Below, in pieces: positions 1-9,653 of a stretch of DNA of 64,000 nt. Origin of the DNA: Candidatus Iainarchaeum sp. (GTDB taxonomy: Archaea > Iainarchaeota > Iainarchaeia > Iainarchaeales > DTGL01). How positions within the stretch are numbered: position 1 is the stretch's first letter; each line of letters starts with the position of its first letter. Under the pieces are notes generated by a model. It worked only from the letters and a program-made list of their open reading frames with translations, was not told the origin of the DNA and did not search any database. The position numbers and the translations under genes are program-made. Location: NCBI GenBank assembly GCA_026413945.1, contig JAOAJX010000002.1, positions 1 through 64,000 of the forward strand, given 5' to 3'.

Positions 1-251
1 GCAAGAGATGTAAAGATTTTATCGTTTTGAAAACTAAAGTCTTGCAATCTTACCAGCATCTGTGAGGGTTAAGCCTTATTGAAAATCATCTCTTTATGAA
101 GAAAGAACTATGATCATGCCTCTCAATTATTGTTTACTTTTTCAGGGAAAAGCGAACTTTCGAAGAGGCATTCGAAGGTGGAAATACTTTGATAACAAAA
201 GAACGAGTTTATTACATACTATGGAAACAAAATGTAAGCTTAAATAGCTTA

Positions 252-1688
252 TTACTTAACAATTGATGCTCGGTCAAAGTCAATTATGTATACTCTTGGT
301 TTTCCTCGATTTAATTGTACACAAAAATTGTCTGCATGTATGTGCCCATGTTCGACACCTATATTTCTTAAAACTTGAATTATCCTTTCACAATCTCTTT
401 CTAGCAAATCTCTGTAACGGCTGTTATTAACGTCTGAAAGAAAAAGGTTTAGTGATTTTCCGAGCACACCAGCGATTACCATCACTTTGCCTGATCTGGT
501 TTTTTTTGCCCTCAATACGCCATTCTTTGTGAATATAGGCTCTACAGGAATATAATCAAATCCAGCTTTTCTCCATTCTTCTTTGGCTTCTAATGCCTTT
601 TTCCACGCTTCAAAGGCACTAGCAGGAATTATCCTGACAATTGCTTTGCCACTAAGTTTGCCCCCGAGCAGCAAAAGCCTGGAGCCGGTTTTTTCAAACT
701 CTGCCCTGGCCAAGCGCCTTTTTTTCGAGAAAAAATTTTTTTTGGAGCGATGCTCAAAATAAAGCGGGTGGCTTGCCAAATCTTTTGAGAAAACCTGCAC
801 GAAAAAGGCAGCCCTTCTCCTAACTTCAGGGTGAGGATCATCCAAAAGTAGGCTAACCTTTTTAAGAGATTTGGCTGAGCCAAAAAAGAATAATGTATTA
901 ATGGCGTCTATTCTTTCTTGGGCTTTATTAGACGCCAATTTCTTTTCCGCATCTCTTATTTCCTTTCTTATTCTATTCTTGGCTTTAATTTTTGTTAATA
1001 ATGCAGCCCCTGCTTTTTCCCCAAGGCGCTTAATTGCCTTTGAGGCAGTTTGCTGAACCCTGGGATCTTTGTCGGCAAGCCTTTCTTCAATATTTGGTAT
1101 TGACTTCTTTGAACCTATGAATGTAAGTGTTTTTATTGCCTCCATTCTTACCTCGGGCGACACATCTTTCAGCCTAGCCTCTACCCTTGGTATTGAGCTT
1201 TTGGAATGCAAAATCTGCAATGCAGTTAGTGCACTTAATCTAACCCCCGGATCCGGATCTTTAAGAGCATAATGTAAAAACGGAGTAACTAGGCTAGAAT
1301 GCTTGAATGCATTGTGTTTGATGAATTTTCTCCTTTCAACAAAATCTACTAATGCTTTCTCTGAAGCGCCTTTGGAGTGGCGCCTCACAAAAACAGAAAA
1401 TTCAGTTATTGCGCCAGCTCTCTCGGTGGGTGAGGCGCTTTTCAACCTTTCAACAGCCACTCTGAGTTCAGCAGGCATTTGTTGAATAATTTTCTTTATC
1501 TTTGGGTCTGAGAAAAAGAACATTGCGCGCCTCTCGGAAGGCAAAATATGTTGTGCATTTAACAAAGCACGAGTATTTTTAACCGAAGCCTTCTTTCTTA
1601 CCGGAATCAATCTCATTAATGGAAAATCTGCAGCAAGGGCTTTAAATTCTAATCGTTGGAAAGTTCTGTGTTTAATTGAATATTTCAT
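252..1688 (-). CDS. HEAT-repeat protein with C-terminal protein-kinase-like domain; highly basic
   Basis: Repeats LKDPDPGVRLSALTAL / LKDVSPEVRMEAIKTL / LADKDPRVQQTASKAI / LDDPHPEVRRRAA; C-terminal HGHIHADNF...YIIDFD resembles kinase catalytic loop and DFG region. Confidence 0.75.
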   Translation of the reverse strand: MKYSIKHRTFQRLEFKALAADFPLMRLIPVRKKASVKNTRALLNAQHILPSERRAMFFFSDPKIKKIIQQMPAELRVAVERLKSASPTERAGAITEFSVFVRRHSKGASEKALVDFVERRKFIKHNAFKHSSLVTPFLHYALKDPDPGVRLSALTALQILHSKSSIPRVEARLKDVSPEVRMEAIKTLTFIGSKKSIPNIEERLADKDPRVQQTASKAIKRLGEKAGAALLTKIKAKNRIRKEIRDAEKKLASNKAQERIDAINTLFFFGSAKSLKKVSLLLDDPHPEVRRRAAFFVQVFSKDLASHPLYFEHRSKKNFFSKKRRLARAEFEKTGSRLLLLGGKLSGKAIVRIIPASAFEAWKKALEAKEEWRKAGFDYIPVEPIFTKNGVLRAKKTRSGKVMVIAGVLGKSLNLFLSDVNNSRYRDLLERDCERIIQVLRNIGVEHGHIHADNFCVQLNRGKPRVYIIDFDRASIVK

Positions 1689-1779
1689 AGAAAATCGTGG
1701 CGCTAATAAAAAGAGACCACAAAGCGCTATACTCTAAACCAAAAGATTAAATAAGGTCATTGTATTGCTATAAATATTT

Positions 1780-2961
1780 ATGGGCCGCAGAAAGCAAAAA
1801 TTTTATAAGCATGGCACTAATCCGAGTGTCAAAAATCTTCTAAATGCTAATTTCTCTCAAATGTCGCCCCAAGAAGTTGAAGCACACCTAATGTTTTCGT
1901 TTAGATCAAAAGCCAGCAACACTACAAGAGCAAAAGTAGTGAAAGCGTGCCATCAATCTTTCATGCGGGGTCTTAACAAAATGGAAACTGCTGGCGCAGA
2001 TTTCTCGATAGTCGAGCGCGTAGCGAAAAGCTACCTTAACACCTTGCAAGAAATAAGCCGTGGAGAGCCCTCAGCTGTAAGGCATCAAATTGAATTTTCT
2101 TCAGCGTCAATACTGAAGTTTATTGAGCATATGAGAGCAAAAACTTTTCGTAATTTGCCGGGCAGTGAAAGAGCTAAACTAGAGTTATACCTTTTGACAG
2201 CATCTCGGGCAGGAGGTACTCAACTTCAAGAAGAAATAAGCCGCCGTATAAGAATTGTTGCCGGTGCAGCAGTACAGGAAGCCAGTATGATTTTTCTTGA
2301 TGGTCAGCCAACAGGGGATTTCACCAAGCCATTGAAGGGTGCAAGGCGTTTTTTAATGGGCTTACAAGAAAGGCCGGCAGTTTCTGAAAAAAACAGAGAG
2401 CTTATCCACAAAATTGGGGGTTTTTTGGCTTCCATGTGTGACCCAGCAAAGCTTCGTGAAAGAATAGAGACTGTTAATGTTAGAAAAACAGAATTGGTTT
2501 CAGCCGCCGATAGAGCAAAAAATATTCGGAGTCTTGCAGAAGTTGACACTAGAAGGGCTGCCTTACACCTGAGCCATGAAATTGACGGGCCCACATCCTC
2601 TGGAGTATCGCAGATTACCAGAGGAAAGAGGAAAGAAATTTCAACAAAAATTCTTTCAAGAATGCCGGCACCCAAGCAGGCCAAATTTGAGAGATACGAA
2701 GGTCATGTCTGGCTTGGCCGGTGGGTTCCTCTCTACAAGCTTAAAAGATATCTTTCAGGAATGCCGCAAAAAAAGGCATACCTGGCATTAGCTGATTTCA
2801 AGCCACTGCCAACTTTGCGTAAATCAAAGCCGCTTGGCTTTGAAGCCCTCAAGCTGATAAGGGAAGCTGAGATAATGTTTAATGCAGAAAAGCCCGTAGC
2901 AAAGCCAACCATAATTGAGCTTCTGGAATTTATGGAAAGGAAAGGCAGAAAGATAAAATGA
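1780..2961 (+). CDS. Hypothetical K/R-rich protein
   Basis: 393-aa ORF, TATA-like ATTAAATA about 27 nt upstream, basic N-terminus MGRRKQK; no recognisable domain. Confidence 0.7.
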   Translation: MGRRKQKFYKHGTNPSVKNLLNANFSQMSPQEVEAHLMFSFRSKASNTTRAKVVKACHQSFMRGLNKMETAGADFSIVERVAKSYLNTLQEISRGEPSAVRHQIEFSSASILKFIEHMRAKTFRNLPGSERAKLELYLLTASRAGGTQLQEEISRRIRIVAGAAVQEASMIFLDGQPTGDFTKPLKGARRFLMGLQERPAVSEKNRELIHKIGGFLASMCDPAKLRERIETVNVRKTELVSAADRAKNIRSLAEVDTRRAALHLSHEIDGPTSSGVSQITRGKRKEISTKILSRMPAPKQAKFERYEGHVWLGRWVPLYKLKRYLSGMPQKKAYLALADFKPLPTLRKSKPLGFEALKLIREAEIMFNAEKPVAKPTIIELLEFMERKGRKIK

Positions 2962-2971
2962 TTTTGTTTGA

Positions 2972-4054
2972 TTATTCCGACTTTTGCTTGTGGTTCTTTT
3001 CCCTGTTTTCTTTTTCACGGGCAGCCATTGCTGCATTGAGAAAAGCAATCCTTTCTTTCAGCTCTTTTTTCTCTGAATCTGTGCTTGCAGCCATGTCCCT
3101 GAAATGCTTAAGCAGTTCCTCTTTTGCAATTATCTCATCCTCTAAAGCCCTTATTCTTGCCTCATATTCTTTCTCTGAGCTTTTCTTTGCCTCAAGCTTT
3201 GCCTGTTCAAGCTTCAAAAGTTCATTGCTGTATGTATTTCTGAGCTCGAGAACTTCTGCCTCAATATCCATCACAAGCTTCTTTGCAAAGTCGCGCTCCT
3301 TTTTCAGCAAATGCACAAGCTCGGAGCTTTTTTCGCAGAAAATTTCAAAGCGCCTCTGCGCTTCATGAAGTCTGTCTGCAAGCTGCATAAATTCAGATTG
3401 CAAAGATGCAATCTTGTGCCTGTAATCAGCAAATGTTTCCTCAAGCTTTCTTTTTTCTTTTTCAAATGCAAGCATTATTTTTGAGAGTTCTTGCTCAAGA
3501 TCGGCAGCACTTTTTTCCTCAATGCTGAAGAAAACACTCTTTTTCACATCCTCGTATTTCCTTTTAAGTTCTTGTAATTCTTGCTCTTTCTGCTCGAGCA
3601 GTTCAAGAAGCCGCCCTTGTTCAATTTTGCCAGCGTTTGCTGTTTCTCTGCGCCCAACGTGTAGCATAAGGCGCTCCATAAAGAACCTTGTTCTCAGCAT
3701 CAGTGAAAGTACTTTCTGTTGAAGTGAAGCGAAAAGCTCAGGGTTTGGGGGCGCTACATGATGATCCTTTGCAATCTTATTTTTCTCATACTCTATGTTT
3801 CTCTTAATAGTTGTTATAAGCTTGCGATGTTCCCTTACTATTTCCTCAAATTCATGCTCTTTTGGTTCCTTCACATTTTTTGAAATTTCCAGAAGAATTT
3901 TTTCAATTTCCCCAAGCTCTTCAAGCGCGCTATCTGCCTGCCTTACAAATGCGTTTGATGAAAGCTCGGCCCAGTTTGAGCCGCGCATTTTTAATTGAAG
4001 GTATGACAAGCGCTCTATGCATCTTCCAATAAGTTCTCTTGAAGCACCTTCCAT
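2972..4054 (-). CDS. Coiled-coil protein of unknown function
   Basis: 360 aa, E/K/L-rich heptads; GAGGT RBS upstream. Confidence 0.75.
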   Translation of the reverse strand: MEGASRELIGRCIERLSYLQLKMRGSNWAELSSNAFVRQADSALEELGEIEKILLEISKNVKEPKEHEFEEIVREHRKLITTIKRNIEYEKNKIAKDHHVAPPNPELFASLQQKVLSLMLRTRFFMERLMLHVGRRETANAGKIEQGRLLELLEQKEQELQELKRKYEDVKKSVFFSIEEKSAADLEQELSKIMLAFEKEKRKLEETFADYRHKIASLQSEFMQLADRLHEAQRRFEIFCEKSSELVHLLKKERDFAKKLVMDIEAEVLELRNTYSNELLKLEQAKLEAKKSSEKEYEARIRALEDEIIAKEELLKHFRDMAASTDSEKKELKERIAFLNAAMAAREKENREKNHKQKSE

Positions 4055-4269
4055 AACCTCTACCCCAAATATAAAAAATGCCTACTGGTTTATAATTGTT
4101 TTTGTGTCAACTGCAACGTGAAGCAAAAGGCAAGTATAGGATGGGCAATAAAAATAAATACAACTTCAGTTTATCGTTGTTATAACCTATAAGCATAACC
4201 TGCGGAAAGCTACCAATAGTCAATTGTTTGTGGAGAATTAATAAATATTTCCACATAAATAATTGTTTT

Positions 4270-4667
4270 ATGAAAGAGAAGCACTTTTTTTTAATCGCGT
4301 TAGCATTTTTTCTGATTTTTATATCTGCAATAATGTATTTCTTATACTTTTTAGAAGAGGCACCTAAAATGCCCAATGGTCCTGTGGAGACCCTGTTTCA
4401 TGCCCAAGCCTGTATGCAGAAATTAAGAGCGGCTTGGAGATGGCAAATTACTGCAAAAGTGATGTTGATTGCAAAGCAATTGTGCTTGGCGGCGAGTATA
4501 TCGCCTTTGGCTGTTATCATTTTGTAAATAAGGATTTTGACCAAAACAGTATTCTCTCGAAGGTTCAAAGGTATAAACACGAGATGAAGTGCAGCACGAT
4601 TATAAACAGGTGCGCACCAGTGCCTGAAGCAAAATGCGTTTCCGGCAAATGTGTGCACTCCGACTAA
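4270..4667 (+). pseudogene. Frameshifted small Cys-rich exported/membrane-anchored protein
   Basis: ATG 4270 plus TM segment (FFLIALAFFLIFISAIMYFLYFL); adding one A in the A4 run 4366-4369 joins it to the Cys-rich frame (WSCGDPVSCP...NYCKSDVDC...CAPVPEAKCVSGKCV*). Confidence 0.55.
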
Positions 4668-4725
4668 TTTTTACCCGTTTTGCTTCCCCCAACATTTTTA
4701 TTCTCCATTGCATTATTATTACTGC

Positions 4726-5712
4726 ATGGACATCCTGTGGAAAAAAGGCCTTTTGCTTTCAGATGGAATTTCTTTGGCAATTGACTGTAGCTATGCGGAG
4801 CACAGCATAGTTACGCACGCACACACAGACCATGTTTTTTCCTCAAAAGGCGCAGTTATTGGCTCAGAGGAAACGCTTAGGCTGATTGAGAAAGAAAAAA
4901 GCCGCTTTGCAAGAAAAAAACCATTGAAAATTGGTGAAAGAACCGAGCTCGGTTCATTTGAAATCTCTCTTAAAAACTCAGGGCACATTCTTGGCTCAGC
5001 CCAAGTTTATATTGATGCTTCCGAAAGAATTGCAATAACTTCTGATTTCAAACTCCAAGATTCTTTGATAACAGAGGGCGCAGAGATTTTGCAGTGCGAT
5101 GCCTTAGTAATTGAAACAACATTTGGCTTGCCAGAATACGTTTTTCCGGAAAGGGAAAAAGTTTATCAAGAATTTGCATCTTGGGCAAACAAGCAACTTG
5201 CTAGTGGGCATTATCTGATACTTTCAGGCTATGCGCTTGGCAAAGCACAAGAGCTTACAGCATTTGCAAATGAATATTTGGGTGCATCACCAGTAGTGCA
5301 TGAAGAGGTTTATAAGAACAACCAGATCTATGAAGAGTTTGGAGTTAAGCTTGGCACATATTTTAAGCTTGACCACAACCTTCGCGAGTCTAATGTGTTG
5401 ATATTGCCACCATCTTTATGTAGCACGCATCTTTTTCAGGCAGTAGAATATTCGATAGGCAAGAAGGTTGCAAGCGCAAAGGCAAGCGGTTGGCCTTATA
5501 AGGGCTGCTTTGATAAGATTTTTCCTTTATCAGACCATGCTGATTTTGACCAGCTTATTACATATGTTAAAGAATCTGGTGCAAAGCAAGTCTATACGAT
5601 GCATGGTTTTTCGAGGGAGTTTGCACAACACATCAGGCACAGGTTTGGCATTAACACAAAACAGTTGGACATAAATTCACAACAAAAGGCATTGTGGGAA
5701 TCAGAAAAATAA
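4726..5712 (+). CDS. MBL-fold / beta-CASP nuclease (mRNA 3'-end processing factor-like)
   Basis: THAHTDH, SGHILGSA, SDF, IETTFG, GYALGKAQE, LSDHADF, MHG motifs; probable start ATG 4726. Confidence 0.85.
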   Translation: MDILWKKGLLLSDGISLAIDCSYAEHSIVTHAHTDHVFSSKGAVIGSEETLRLIEKEKSRFARKKPLKIGERTELGSFEISLKNSGHILGSAQVYIDASERIAITSDFKLQDSLITEGAEILQCDALVIETTFGLPEYVFPEREKVYQEFASWANKQLASGHYLILSGYALGKAQELTAFANEYLGASPVVHEEVYKNNQIYEEFGVKLGTYFKLDHNLRESNVLILPPSLCSTHLFQAVEYSIGKKVASAKASGWPYKGCFDKIFPLSDHADFDQLITYVKESGAKQVYTMHGFSREFAQHIRHRFGINTKQLDINSQQKALWESEK

Positions 5713-5760
5713 AAAAGAAAAAGGAAAAAAAATAAAAAGAATAGGAAAAATCCAATCAAA

Positions 5761-5787
5761 TTATTTTTTCTTTTTCTTTGCTGGCAA
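5761..5787 (-). CDS. Candidate micro-ORF MPAKKKKK
   Basis: AAGGGGTGG SD, 4-nt spacer, TTG CCA GCA AAG AAA AAG AAA AAA TAA; BRE/TATA-like GAAAAGCTTATTAAT upstream; long U-rich tract downstream (5713-5760). Confidence 0.4.
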   Translation of the reverse strand: MPAKKKKK

Positions 5788-5866
5788 TCTTCCACCCCTT
5801 TTCAAAATATTCCATTTCTATAAAAGTAAAAACTTATTAATAAGCTTTTCTATAAGGATTTTTTTC

Positions 5867-6553
5867 ATGCACTCATGCTCTGGTGCTGGACTAAAAAAAC
5901 TTTTTTCAGAACTTTTTGAATTTTTTGGTGAGCAGCACTGGTGGCCAGCCAAAACAAAGTTTGAGGTCTGTGTTGGCGCAATACTAACACAGAATACCTC
6001 GTGGAAAAATGTAGAGAAATCAATCATGGAATTGAAAAAGAAAAGAAAACTCACCGTATCAGCAATGAATTCCACTAGCTTAAGAGATCTTACAAAACTT
6101 ATAAGAAGCTCTGGCTACTATAATCAGAAAGCAAAGACATTGAAAGATTTTTGTAAACATGTAGTTTGCAATTACCACGGCAATTTAAACTCATTTCTAA
6201 GCAAACCAAATGATGGGCTTCGTGAGGAGTTGCTTTCAATTAAAGGCATAGGCCCAGAAACTGCAGATTCAATAATACTATACGCTGCGAAAAAACCAAG
6301 CTTTGTGGTTGATGCATACACAGAAAGAGTAATGAATAGATTTTTTGGCTTGAAAATGAAAAGCAAAGTCGCACTTAAGGAGTTTCTCGAGAAAAATCTC
6401 AACAAAGATGTAGCGCTTTACAATGAATTTCATGCTCTTTTAGTTGCTTTGGGCAAAGAATTTTGCAGAAAAAAGCCACTTTGTTGCGATTGCCCAATTA
6501 ATAAAAAATGTTCACATTATGGATTTAATAAAAAAACAGCTGTGAAAATATGA
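5867..6553 (+). CDS. Endonuclease III-like HhH-GPD protein with 4Fe-4S motif
   Basis: GAILTQNTSW, LLSIKGIGPETADSI, FVVD, C-x6-C-x2-C-x5-C-type C-terminus. Confidence 0.9.
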   Translation: MHSCSGAGLKKLFSELFEFFGEQHWWPAKTKFEVCVGAILTQNTSWKNVEKSIMELKKKRKLTVSAMNSTSLRDLTKLIRSSGYYNQKAKTLKDFCKHVVCNYHGNLNSFLSKPNDGLREELLSIKGIGPETADSIILYAAKKPSFVVDAYTERVMNRFFGLKMKSKVALKEFLEKNLNKDVALYNEFHALLVALGKEFCRKKPLCCDCPINKKCSHYGFNKKTAVKI

Positions 6554-7299
6554 AAGTAACAGTTCTAGGTTCCGGCGCAATAATGTCTAGCACAAGAGCT
6601 TGTTCTGGATATTTGGTAGAATCAGAAAATGCAAAAGCCGTAGTTGACCTCGGTTCAGGCTCCTTTTTAAACCTTAAAAAAACATCTGATGTTCTAAGTA
6701 TAGGAACTATTCTCTTAACTCATTACCATCCGGATCACGCTTCAGAGTTGGCTTCTTTTCTAGCATATAAATTAGTCGCATTTAAATTTGGAGATAAAAG
6801 AAGCTTATCGCAGATAAATTTGATAGGCCCAAAAGGCCTTAACGATTTTATTGAGAAAATAAGGGCTGCCTTTCCCATCCTGCAAGAAGCGCAGTACAGG
6901 ATAATAACAAAGGAATTGGATAATGGCAAAATCGTAGTGCCAGGCTTCAAGGTAAAGTCCATGCCAATGGCTCATGATAACTGTATTGGCTATAGGCTTG
7001 AAGCTCAGGGCAGAAGTGTAACATTCTCTGGCGATACTGCTTATACAAAAAATTTAGTTTCACTTGCAAAGAATGTGGATCTCCTTGTTGCTGATTGCTC
7101 TTTTCCAGATTCTGTTGGCTCTGCTGTGCATATGACTCCATTGCAGTGTGCTAATATTGCAAAAGAAGCAGAAGCAAAAGCGCTGCTGCTTTCACATCTT
7201 TATCCTGCAGTTGAAACAGAACCAATTTTAAAAATTGTTAAGTCAGTTTATAAAGGTAAAACATATGTCGCTAATGATCTTTTTGCTGTAGAGTTTTGA
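6550..7299 (+). CDS. MBL-fold metallohydrolase (RNase Z/BN-like)
   Basis: VTVLGSG, VDLGSG, THYHPDH, FSGDT, HMT, LSHLYP. Confidence 0.85.
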   Translation: MKVTVLGSGAIMSSTRACSGYLVESENAKAVVDLGSGSFLNLKKTSDVLSIGTILLTHYHPDHASELASFLAYKLVAFKFGDKRSLSQINLIGPKGLNDFIEKIRAAFPILQEAQYRIITKELDNGKIVVPGFKVKSMPMAHDNCIGYRLEAQGRSVTFSGDTAYTKNLVSLAKNVDLLVADCSFPDSVGSAVHMTPLQCANIAKEAEAKALLLSHLYPAVETEPILKIVKSVYKGKTYVANDLFAVEF

Positions 7300-7311
7300 T
7301 GGGGTGTTTTT

Positions 7312-8073
7312 ATGGATGAATATCTTAATGCTGCAATAAAAGCAGCAAAAGAAGCAGGTAGAATTGCATTGAGCAGAAGCTATGATTTAAAGGTTTCAAA
7401 GAAGAACTCGAAAGGCGAAATAGTTACAAATGCAGATCTTGAGGCAGAACAGGCCATAATTGCAAGGCTTTCTTGCGAATTTCCAGAGATTGGTTTTGTT
7501 GGGGAAGAAAAAGGCGTCTTGCCTTCAAAATCAGATTTTTTATGGATTGTTGATCCCATAGATGGTACGAGAAATTATTCCTTGGGCATTCCTTTCTACT
7601 GCACATCCATTGCTCTGGTAAAGAACAACGAGCCGCTGATAGGCGTTGTCTATGACCCAACAAAAGACGAGCTCTTTTACGCAATTAAAGGAAAGCATTC
7701 ATACCTTAACAGCGAATGGATCCATGTCTCAAAAAAAGAATCTCTTGATAAAGCGGTTGCATCGATGGGTTGCATCCTCGCAAAGAAAGTTCAGGAAATT
7801 GCCAAAGGAAAACTCTTTACAACATACAGGTATTTCGGGGCTATTGCACTAGAGCTTTGCTATGTTGCTTGTGGGCGGATTGATTTCATGCTTCATAATG
7901 ACATAAATCCATGGGATGGTGCTGCCGGAGCATTAGTAGTGCGCGAATCCGGCGGTGTTGTGGTTAACCATATTGGTAAGCAATGGCAACTTAATGATCG
8001 CTTTTTGCTTGCCTCAAATCTAAAACTGCAAAAAGAATTTACGGCTAAACTTCCTCAAGAACAACTGATGTAA
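7312..8073 (+). CDS. suhB: Inositol monophosphatase family protein
   Basis: VTNADLEAE, GEE, WIVDPIDGTRNY, PWDGAAGALVVRESGG. Confidence 0.9.
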   Translation: MDEYLNAAIKAAKEAGRIALSRSYDLKVSKKNSKGEIVTNADLEAEQAIIARLSCEFPEIGFVGEEKGVLPSKSDFLWIVDPIDGTRNYSLGIPFYCTSIALVKNNEPLIGVVYDPTKDELFYAIKGKHSYLNSEWIHVSKKESLDKAVASMGCILAKKVQEIAKGKLFTTYRYFGAIALELCYVACGRIDFMLHNDINPWDGAAGALVVRESGGVVVNHIGKQWQLNDRFLLASNLKLQKEFTAKLPQEQLM

Positions 8074-8488
8074 CTGTTTTGGCAACGCCGTCAACATTTC
8101 TAAGCTTGCTGGTAAGGAATGAGTTCAGTTCTTTTATAGACTTGAATCTTGCTTTTATTATCATGTCAATATCTCCTGTAACTATTGACACACTCTCAAC
8201 GTTTGCAAACATTTTTTTAATATAAGTTGCAATTTCTTTCTGTGAGTATTTCTTTCCGTCAGGTGAGTTTTGCTGTATGCTTACAAGGATATATGCGCAT
8301 ATGCCGAAGCCGAGCTTTTCATGATCAATTTCTATGGTATATTTCCTTATGATTCCTTCTTTTTCCATCTTTTTTATCCTATGAAAGACAGTTGTAAGAG
8401 GCAGGCCCGATCTCTTGGCAATTTTTCTCTTTGAAAGTGCGCTGTTTTCATTTAATTCTTCTAAAATTTTTTCATCTATTTGATCCAT
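8045..8488 (-). CDS. Lrp/AsnC family transcriptional regulator
   Basis: MDQIDEKILEEL...IAKRSGLPLTTVFHRIKKMEKEGII HTH; VTGDIDMII RAM domain. Confidence 0.92.
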   Translation of the reverse strand: MDQIDEKILEELNENSALSKRKIAKRSGLPLTTVFHRIKKMEKEGIIRKYTIEIDHEKLGFGICAYILVSIQQNSPDGKKYSQKEIATYIKKMFANVESVSIVTGDIDMIIKARFKSIKELNSFLTSKLRNVDGVAKTVTSVVLEEV

Positions 8489-8490
8489 AA

Positions 8491-8506
8491 TGGAACAAAT
8501 GTTCCA
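8491..8506. promoter_or_regulatory. Candidate operator palindrome TGGAACA-AA-TGTTCCA
   Basis: Perfect 7-2-7 inverted repeat between the lrp TATA (TTTAAA 8513-8518) and lrp start codon. Confidence 0.55.
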
Positions 8507-8601
8507 AAAAGCTTTAAATCATATGCATTATTTTGTAATTTTTACATAGATTTTTGCAAAAAATTTATATTAAATGATTGCGCTTTTATTAAAAAAAGCG
8601 A

Positions 8602-9594
8602 GTGATTTCTATGCGCCATGATACTTGCATTGCAGAAATTGAGAAGATTGAAAAAAGGCACCTTTATTTTGGAGATAAGCAGACAAAAATGGCTTTAAAG
8701 GTACAATCAGATGCGTGCTTTTATCTAAGCAAATTTCTGAGGAAAAAGGGTTTTGTTGAGATAAGGCCCCCAATAATTTCAAGCTGCACTGATACTGGCA
8801 TAAGAGGCGCTGGCACTGCAATCATTGATTTTTATGGTAGGCCTTACAAGGTTACAACAAGCATGATCCTGCACAAGCAGCTGGCAATAACTGCTTTTGA
8901 GAAAATATTTGCTTTTTCACCAAACGTTCGACTTGAGCCATTGGAAAGCATAGGAACCAAAAGGCATTTGGCGGAATTCACACAACTTGACCTTGAAGCA
9001 GCTTATCAAGATAGAGACTATGTTATGGGTTTGGCTGAAGAGATGCTTTGCTACTGCATCAAAAAAGTAAGGAAAAGTTGTGAGGAAGAACTGCTTACAC
9101 TGGAACGCAATTTAAAGAAGCCCAAGAAACCATTTAAAAGGATCTCTTATGCAAAAGCGTTGGATTTGCTTTCTTCAGAAGGATTTGGGGTTACTTATGG
9201 TTTAGAAATACCATGGAATGGAGAAAAATTTTTATCAGGGCTTATCGGTGATTTTTTTTGGATAATTGATTACCCTGTGGGCTCAAGAGGTTTTTATGAA
9301 AAGCAAAACCGCGATTCTCTCATAGATTTCGATCTAATCTACCCTGAAGGCTACGGCGAGGCTATATCCGGCAGCGAAAGAGAGCACGACGTTGGCAAGG
9401 TAATACAAAAAATGCAACAGGCCTCATTAAAGCTTGATGACTTTAAATGGTATGTTGAGCTGCTAGAGAAAGGAGTTCCACCTTCGGCTGGTTTTGGCTT
9501 GGGCATTGAACGGTTTACAAGATATCTTTGTGGATTAGAGGCTGTTTGGCAGGCAGCAGCTTTCCCCAAGGTTCCGGGAATTTATTCACCATAG
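8602..9594 (+). CDS. asnA: Archaeal asparagine synthetase A (AsnRS-like, lacks anticodon-binding domain)
   Basis: TTSMILHKQ, FSPNVRLE, RHLAEFTQLDLE, GEAISGSERE, PSAGFGLGIERF; class II aaRS core only. Confidence 0.88.
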   Translation: MISMRHDTCIAEIEKIEKRHLYFGDKQTKMALKVQSDACFYLSKFLRKKGFVEIRPPIISSCTDTGIRGAGTAIIDFYGRPYKVTTSMILHKQLAITAFEKIFAFSPNVRLEPLESIGTKRHLAEFTQLDLEAAYQDRDYVMGLAEEMLCYCIKKVRKSCEEELLTLERNLKKPKKPFKRISYAKALDLLSSEGFGVTYGLEIPWNGEKFLSGLIGDFFWIIDYPVGSRGFYEKQNRDSLIDFDLIYPEGYGEAISGSEREHDVGKVIQKMQQASLKLDDFKWYVELLEKGVPPSAGFGLGIERFTRYLCGLEAVWQAAAFPKVPGIYSP

Positions 9595-9653
9595 CAAAAA
9601 GTCAACATTTTTATAATTAAACCAGCATTCACTAATATTAGGAAGGTATTTTT

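Noticed and set aside
1-250. Possible gene remnant at the window start
   Set aside because: All frames are interrupted by stops and no motif was recognised
4110-4230. Possible structured RNA (TATAGG/CCTATA, ACAAC/GTTGT) or 14-codon ORF MGNKNKYNFSLSLL
   Set aside because: Stems are short and AT-rich, and there is no SD. The 11-mer GCAAAAGGCAA shared with ~20526 is plausibly chance
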